Below, piece after piece: positions 58,450-64,000 of a stretch of DNA of 64,000 bases. The notes under the pieces are model-generated. The model saw only the letters and a list, made by a program, of their open reading frames with translations, was not told where the DNA came from and did no database searches. This DNA is from an uncultured Collinsella sp. (lineage in GTDB: Bacteria > Actinomycetota > Coriobacteriia > Coriobacteriales > Coriobacteriaceae). Within the stretch, counting starts at the first letter, position 1, and each line of letters opens with the position of its first letter. The stretch is taken from the NCBI GenBank assembly GCA_905197595.1, contig CAJJZM010000001.1:2592-66591 (forward strand), written 5' to 3'. A program made the position numbers and the translations under genes.

Positions 58450-60012
58450 ATGAACAAAGATGAGCTGCTGGCAAAGTTCCAGCGCCTGGGCAAAGTCCTC
58501 ATGACGCCTGTCTTGATCCTGCCAATCGCCGGCATCCTTCAGGGCTTTGGCAATGCCTTTACCAGCCCCACCCTTACGGCAGCTGTTCCCTGGCTTGCTG
58601 CTCCGGGCTTTGCGATCTTCTTTTCGATTCTCAAGGCCGCTGCCAGCATCGTTATGAACAACATCCCGGTTATCTTCTCGATTTGTCTCGCCTATGGCTT
58701 CGCCAAGTCCGAGAAGGCTACCGCGGCGCTTTGTGGCTTTTTGGGCTACATGTGCATGAATTCCGTGATGGGCACGTTCCTTACGGCGACTGGCGTTATC
58801 GATCCCGCGAATCTTACGACGGGCCAGAGCACGATCCTCGGCATCACCACGCTCGACACTGGCGTTATCGGCGGTCTTCTGGTGGGCGCAATCGTCGCAT
58901 GGTTGCATAACCGTTACTACAAGATTGAGCTGCCTGCCGTGTTCTCCATCTTCAACGGTACGCGCTTTATCCCGGCGGTGACGCTGCTCTCATGCAGCAT
59001 CCTCGCATTGGTCATGTCCTTTGTTTTCCCGTTTATTCAGAACGCTCTCGGTGCGCTGTCCGAGTTCATCAAGACTACGGGTGCCTTTGGTGCATTTGTC
59101 TACGGCGCCGGCGAGCGCATGCTCCTGCCTTTTGGCCTGCATCACTTTGTCTATTTGCCGTTCTTCTTCACGTCGCTCGGTGGCGTCGAGACCATCGACG
59201 GCCAGACTGTTCAGGGCGCTATCAATATCTACAACGCGATCCTGGGCTCTCCCAGCACGCCGTTTAACATCGAGGTCAGCCGTTTTGTCATGAACGGCAA
59301 GGTTATCTTCGCCATGTTCGGCCTGCCTGGCGCTGCACTCGCCTTCTACAAGACGGCGCTTCCCAAGAACAAGAAGAAGACCGCAGCGCTCATGATTGCC
59401 ATCGTGGTGCCTTGCATCCTCTCCGGCATTACCGAGCCGCTCGAGTACTCCTTCCTGTTTATCGCGCCCATCCTCTACGTGTTCCACGCTCTCATGGCTG
59501 GTCTTGCCTATGCGCTGACCTATATCCTGCAATTCAACGTGGCTGGCTCCGCGTCCTTCGGCGGCCCGCTCTTGTCGTTGATCTTTAACGGCATTATGGG
59601 TGCAGCCAAGGGCTCCAACTGGCAGGTTATCCTGTTCCTCGGCCCCATCTACTTCGTGGTGTACTACTTCGTCTTCAAGTTCATCATTCTTAAGAAGGAC
59701 CTTAAGACTCCCGGCCGCGAGGAAGAGTCCGACGATGAGGCCGCAAAGGCTCCCAAGACTGTGATCAGCGACCTCATTCCCGCCATCGTTGAGGCAGTGG
59801 GCGGCGACAACAATATTAAGTCTGTCGAGGCCTGCTTCACCCGTCTGCGCATCCAGCTCAATGACTGTGACAAGGTGGTTGATGACGCCGAGTTTACCGA
59901 AAAGCTCGAAGCGCGTGGCATCGTGCATGTCAACGGCGGCGTGCAGATTGTCTACGGCAACATGGCATCTAACTACGCAACTCAGATGCGCGAGCTGCTG
60001 GGTATGGAGTAA
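58450..60012 (+). CDS. Glucose-family PTS EIICB (MalX/GlvC-like), copy 1
   Basis: LDTGV.GG, F.GTRF.P, ER.LLPFGLHH, GITEPLEY, TPGRE and ACFTRLR motifs. Confidence 0.92.
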   Translation: MNKDELLAKFQRLGKVLMTPVLILPIAGILQGFGNAFTSPTLTAAVPWLAAPGFAIFFSILKAAASIVMNNIPVIFSICLAYGFAKSEKATAALCGFLGYMCMNSVMGTFLTATGVIDPANLTTGQSTILGITTLDTGVIGGLLVGAIVAWLHNRYYKIELPAVFSIFNGTRFIPAVTLLSCSILALVMSFVFPFIQNALGALSEFIKTTGAFGAFVYGAGERMLLPFGLHHFVYLPFFFTSLGGVETIDGQTVQGAINIYNAILGSPSTPFNIEVSRFVMNGKVIFAMFGLPGAALAFYKTALPKNKKKTAALMIAIVVPCILSGITEPLEYSFLFIAPILYVFHALMAGLAYALTYILQFNVAGSASFGGPLLSLIFNGIMGAAKGSNWQVILFLGPIYFVVYYFVFKFIILKKDLKTPGREEESDDEAAKAPKTVISDLIPAIVEAVGGDNNIKSVEACFTRLRIQLNDCDKVVDDAEFTEKLEARGIVHVNGGVQIVYGNMASNYATQMRELLGME

Positions 60013-60040
60013 ACGACTCAAACACACGATCAAGATTAAT

Positions 60041-60080
60041 ACAGGTCGGCGTCCGATCCTTCAATCGGGCGCCGACCTGT
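60041..60080. terminator. Terminator-like hairpin between the convergent modules
   Basis: ACAGGTCGGCGTCCGAT...ATCGGGCGCCGACCTGT. Confidence 0.65.
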
Positions 60081-60204
60081 GCTGTTTTGGGGTGAATGGG
60101 CAAGCACATGACGTGCTCGCTGCTCTCTTTTGGCGCTGCCTATCGTGTATTCGGACGCCTTGTGACGGTGAGGTGCGTTCTTTTCGGTTCTAGCGTGTTT
60201 GCGG

Positions 60205-61005
60205 CTAGCGCTGCGCCCGAAGTCGATTTGCACAGCTGATATACAGAGCGTTAACCGCGCTTTGTAGGCTCATGCCCTCAACCAAGGCGGTCGAGTACTC
60301 GCTGAGTGACTCCGCGCTCACGGGTAGCAAGAGCTCGCGCGCCCCGTTGTTATCGAATGCCATGTTGCTCGATATCCAAATAACGCGGCAACCTCGCCGC
60401 TTGGCCTCAACGTAAAGATTGAAGATGTGGCTCGTCTTCCCTGAGAACGATACAAAGATGGTTAGGTCGTCGGGTTGGAGCAGACAGAGCGACGTCTCCT
60501 GTCCCTTGACGGAGCCAAATGAGAAGCACAGTCGGTTTACGCGGCTCAGCTTTTCGCAGAGTGAGCGGGCGACGAGATTGGAGAATGAGCTTCCGTATAC
60601 GTAGACATTTTGCGCATCGAGAAGCCAGTCAACGGCCCGCTCGAGTCGATCTTCAGTGAGCAGGCGTTTTGTTTCAAGCAAAGAGGTCTCTACGATATCG
60701 AAATACCAGGGTATATCGATTTGCTTATGAGCCCTTGCCTCGGTTGTCTCACGCTGGAGCCAAGCGTTGAAGTCGTCAACTTGCTCTTTGAACGATCGAA
60801 AGCTCGAGCCGTTCACGCGCCTGCAGAAGCGCGAGATGGTCGCGGGCGATGTATTGCACGCGCGGGCAAGTTCTTCTATTGAGAGCTCTGGGATCTCGTC
60901 GTGATGGGAAAGGGCGTAGAGTGCGATGTGGGCGTCAAGGCTGCCGCCCTTCTCGACGTCTTCGATACAAGACCTGAGGTTCGAATAGACCTCGTACATC
61001 GACAT
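60205..61005 (-). CDS. MurR/RpiR family regulator
   Basis: SIEELARACNTSPATISRFC HTH and SFSG SIS motif. Confidence 0.88.
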   Translation of the reverse strand: MSMYEVYSNLRSCIEDVEKGGSLDAHIALYALSHHDEIPELSIEELARACNTSPATISRFCRRVNGSSFRSFKEQVDDFNAWLQRETTEARAHKQIDIPWYFDIVETSLLETKRLLTEDRLERAVDWLLDAQNVYVYGSSFSNLVARSLCEKLSRVNRLCFSFGSVKGQETSLCLLQPDDLTIFVSFSGKTSHIFNLYVEAKRRGCRVIWISSNMAFDNNGARELLLPVSAESLSEYSTALVEGMSLQSAVNALYISCANRLRAQR

Positions 61006-61082
61006 TCAAATCACTCCAAACAATAATGCCCCGGAGCGGATATGCCATCTCCGGAGCATTGTGGTGAAGCTATGGGACGGAT

Positions 61083-62663
61083 TTATTCCATGCCCAAGTA
61101 TTCTCTCATTTCGACTTTGTAGACAGAAGCTTTATTGCCGTAAACGATTTGAACACCGCCGCCAACGTGCACGATGGCGCTGGCGCCGAGGTCTTTGGTG
61201 AAGACACTATCGTCCTTGACCAGGGCGGTGTCTTTGAGGCTAAGCCTCAGGCGAGTGAAGCAAGCGTTGACACCCGAGATGTTATCGGCGCCGCCCACGG
61301 CTTCCACGATCTGCGGGATGAGCTCGCTTACCTGGACAGGTGCTTTGGAGTCGATGGCCGACGTGTCATCCGCTGCCTGCGTGTCATCATCCTCGCGGCC
61401 CGGGGTTTTGAGGTTAAATTTCTTGATAAAGGTGCGGAACAGTACGTAATAGATCCCGAAGTAAGCGATGCCGAGCGGAATAAGCCAGAACCAGTTGGAG
61501 CCTTTATCGGCGTTCATGATGCCGTTGAAGATCCACGAGAGGAGCGGTCCGCCGAAGGCGGAAGGTCCGGGCACATTGAACTGTACCAGGTAGGTGAGTA
61601 CATACGCGATGCCGCACAGCAGGGCGTGGACCACATAGAGTACGGGCGCTACAAAGAGGAAGGAGTACTCGAGCGGTTCGGTTATGCCCATGATGGCGGC
61701 CGGAATAACGGCGGCGATCATGAGAGAGCCGACCTTCTTTTTATTCTCGGGACGGGCGCAGTGGTAGATGGCGAGCGCCGCCGCAGGCAGGCCGCACATG
61801 GCGAACAGCACCTTGCCGTTCATGACGTATTTTGAGATGTCGATGTCGTACATCATGCCGGGCGTGTTGAGCATGGCGTTGTAGATGTTGACAGCACCCT
61901 CGACGGTCTGGCCGTCAACCTGGATGCTACCGCCCAGAGAAGTGAAGAAAAACGGCAGATAGATGAAATGATGCAGGCCGAAGGGCAGAAGCATGCGCTC
62001 GGAGAAGCCATAGATGAACGCGCCAAACACCCCGGTGGAATCGATGAGTGTCGAGGCGGCCTTTAGGCCGGTTTGCACAAACGGAAACACGAAGGCGAGC
62101 GCAACGCCCACTAGGCTTGCGAAAACGACGGTGAGGGCGGGGACGCAGCGTGTGCCGTTGAAGATGCCGAGCACCGGCGGAAGCTGCACCTTATAGAATC
62201 GGTTGTGGATCCACGCGACTACCAAGCCGATGATGATGCCGCCGAATACGCCGGTGTCGAGTGTGGTTACGCCCAGGATGGCGTTCTGACCGGTCTGCAG
62301 GTTGGCGGGATCGATGGTGCCCAGCAGGATAAGCAGCTGACCCATGATCGTGTTCATGGTCATGTAGCCGATGAAGCCTGAGAGTGCGGCGGTCGCCTTC
62401 TCGGCCTTGGCGTAACCGTAGGCGATGCAGATCGCAAAGAGAACCGAGATGTTACCATTGATAACGTTACCGGCTGCTTTGATGAGCGTGCTAAAGATCA
62501 CCATTGGCTCGGTGCCCAAAAACGGGCAGAGCGAGATGAGGTTAGCATTGGAAAGGGCGGAGCCCAGGTCGACCAAAATGCCGGAAACGGGCAGGAGGAG
62601 GACCGGCGCCATGAGCACCTTGCCGAGTCTCTGGAACTCGCTGTAGAGCTTGCTTTCTTTCAT
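61083..62663 (-). CDS. Glucose-family PTS EIICB, copy 2
   Basis: Collinear paralogue of 58450-60012; LLPFGLHHF, GITEPLEY, TPGRE and ACFTRLR motifs. Confidence 0.92.
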   Translation of the reverse strand: MKESKLYSEFQRLGKVLMAPVLLLPVSGILVDLGSALSNANLISLCPFLGTEPMVIFSTLIKAAGNVINGNISVLFAICIAYGYAKAEKATAALSGFIGYMTMNTIMGQLLILLGTIDPANLQTGQNAILGVTTLDTGVFGGIIIGLVVAWIHNRFYKVQLPPVLGIFNGTRCVPALTVVFASLVGVALAFVFPFVQTGLKAASTLIDSTGVFGAFIYGFSERMLLPFGLHHFIYLPFFFTSLGGSIQVDGQTVEGAVNIYNAMLNTPGMMYDIDISKYVMNGKVLFAMCGLPAAALAIYHCARPENKKKVGSLMIAAVIPAAIMGITEPLEYSFLFVAPVLYVVHALLCGIAYVLTYLVQFNVPGPSAFGGPLLSWIFNGIMNADKGSNWFWLIPLGIAYFGIYYVLFRTFIKKFNLKTPGREDDDTQAADDTSAIDSKAPVQVSELIPQIVEAVGGADNISGVNACFTRLRLSLKDTALVKDDSVFTKDLGASAIVHVGGGVQIVYGNKASVYKVEMREYLGME

Positions 62664-62687
62664 GATGTTCCTTCGATGCGCGGGGAG

Positions 62688-64000
62688 TTAGGACAGGGTC
62701 GGCCAATAATCGCCGTTCGCTTCGATCAGGTCGTCGAGGATTTGGCGCGCGACGGTAGTCGAAGGGACGGTCTTGTTGATTGCGATGGCTTCGAGCGCTT
62801 TCTGGTAGGAATGCTCGTAATATGCGTCGACGGCGAGCTTCTCGCTGGCATTCTGCTCTTCGATAAGTCCCTTGTAAAAGGTGGGGATAGCAGGCTGGCT
62901 GATGGGTTCGGGGCCCCAAGAGCGCAGGTAGGCGGGGACCTCGACCATGGCGTCGTCGGGCAGATTGGGGATGGCGCCGTTATTCTCGACGATTACGAGA
63001 TAACGTTCGCACTTGTTGTAGGCGATAGAGGCGGCTGCGTCGACGATAAAGTCGCCAAAGACCGTGAAGCTCTGTACGGGGCTCTTGTAATTGGCGGGAT
63101 CTGCATGGTACTTGTCGTGCTCGGCAAACATCTCCTTCTCGCGTCCGTTGATGACGTTGTCGGCGCGCGTCCAGTTGGGGTCCATGTCATCTGCCATGTC
63201 TTTGGAGTACAGGTAATACTGCAGGTAGCTGTTGGGCAGATACTCGGGATAGTCCTTCACAATCTTGACGTATTGACCCCAGGTGTGCATCCAATCCTTG
63301 TCCTTGTGATGCTTGTCGCTCACGGCCATGCCGTGCTCGAGAATCATCTGACGGAGCTCCGGCAGACGATCGCGCCCCTGCTTGTCGTAGATTTTGGTAA
63401 ACCAGCCAAAGTGATTGAGTCCAAAATACATGGGGTCGATATCGCGCCAGCTGGGAAGTCCGAGCATCTTAGAGTACGAGAGCAAGATAGCCGTGGGCAT
63501 ATCGCAGATGTTAAGGATATGGTCGTTGTCAAACTCGCGACGTGTAGCCTCGGCGACAACTGCGGCGGGGTTGGAATAGTTGAGGATCCAGGCGTCTGGA
63601 CTGTATTTCTTGGCGTAGCGTACGAGGTCGAAGACGCCGGGGATGGACCTGATGCCATAGGAGATCGAACCGCCGGCGCCGCAGGTTTCCTGTCCCACGC
63701 AACCGTACTTGAGGGGGATGCGCTCGTCTTGGCGACGCATCTGAAGGCCGCCCTGGCGGATTTGCGCGAAGACGAAGTCGACATCGGTGAATGCCTTTTC
63801 GGGATCGGTCGTCACGACAACTTCGATGTCAGGAGCTTCCTGCTCGATGAACTGCTTCATGATGTCGTAGACGAGATGCATGCGCTTCTCGTCGATGTCG
63901 TACAGGGCGAGTTTACGCAGCGGTAATTCGTTTTTCTTCTGCAATAGGCTCTGGATGATGCCGGGAGTGTGGGTGCTGCCGGCCCCGGCGATTACAACTG
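62688..64000 (-). CDS. GH4 6-phospho-alpha-glucosidase, copy 2 (start lies beyond the window end)
   Basis: Frame open to the window edge (VVIAGAGSTHTPGI); GQETCGAGG, NYSNP, NICDMP and GLNHFGW motifs. Confidence 0.9.
   Translation of the reverse strand, partial: VVIAGAGSTHTPGIIQSLLQKKNELPLRKLALYDIDEKRMHLVYDIMKQFIEQEAPDIEVVVTTDPEKAFTDVDFVFAQIRQGGLQMRRQDERIPLKYGCVGQETCGAGGSISYGIRSIPGVFDLVRYAKKYSPDAWILNYSNPAAVVAEATRREFDNDHILNICDMPTAILLSYSKMLGLPSWRDIDPMYFGLNHFGWFTKIYDKQGRDRLPELRQMILEHGMAVSDKHHKDKDWMHTWGQYVKIVKDYPEYLPNSYLQYYLYSKDMADDMDPNWTRADNVINGREKEMFAEHDKYHADPANYKSPVQSFTVFGDFIVDAAASIAYNKCERYLVIVENNGAIPNLPDDAMVEVPAYLRSWGPEPISQPAIPTFYKGLIEEQNASEKLAVDAYYEHSYQKALEAIAINKTVPSTTVARQILDDLIEANGDYWPTLS

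Noticed and set aside
62560..62580. Asp in TM1 of the second EIICB (LVDLGS vs LQGFGN)
   Set aside because: A single substitution that cannot be judged damaging without an alignment; the other motifs are intact.

Overview
High-GC bacterial chromosome segment. Gene content and codon style suggest a gut Coriobacteriia such as Collinsella (inference). No rRNA, tRNA, transposase, integrase or CRISPR-cas was recognised. Left to right: (1) the 3' end of a SipW/TasA-type surface-fibre operon (giant adhesin, SipW-signal subunit, sortase-anchored TasA-like protein); (2) a 660-bp mosaic of palindromic repeats; (3) LTA synthase, nitroreductase, kup with a short kdpD and kdpE, and rlmKL; (4) a ~9.5-kb sugar island (RpiR, HAD, MFS, class II aldolase, mannose-family PTS, AKR, esterase) that appears to have replaced the middle of a native Cof-HAD gene; (5) DeoR with an ascorbate-family PTS between two transaldolase paralogues; (6) a frameshifted tex and a LysR/SDR/MFS/Gfo cluster; (7) a sortase-B pilus locus whose tip adhesin is out of frame with its signal peptide at a G8 tract, followed by a GGDEF gene; (8) MarR-ABC exporter, pyridoxal kinase, an AAA-DUF4143 gene between two REP-like hairpins, and LMW-PTP; (9) two convergent GH4/PTS/RpiR modules. 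The best leads are a putative three-part donor-strand-exchange fibre whose adhesin carries a C-terminal mimic of the SipW donor strand, poly-G phase variation of the pilus adhesin, and repeat elements made of a conserved covarying core inside unrelated long inverted arms. All calls come from reading the sequence by eye; no searches were run.
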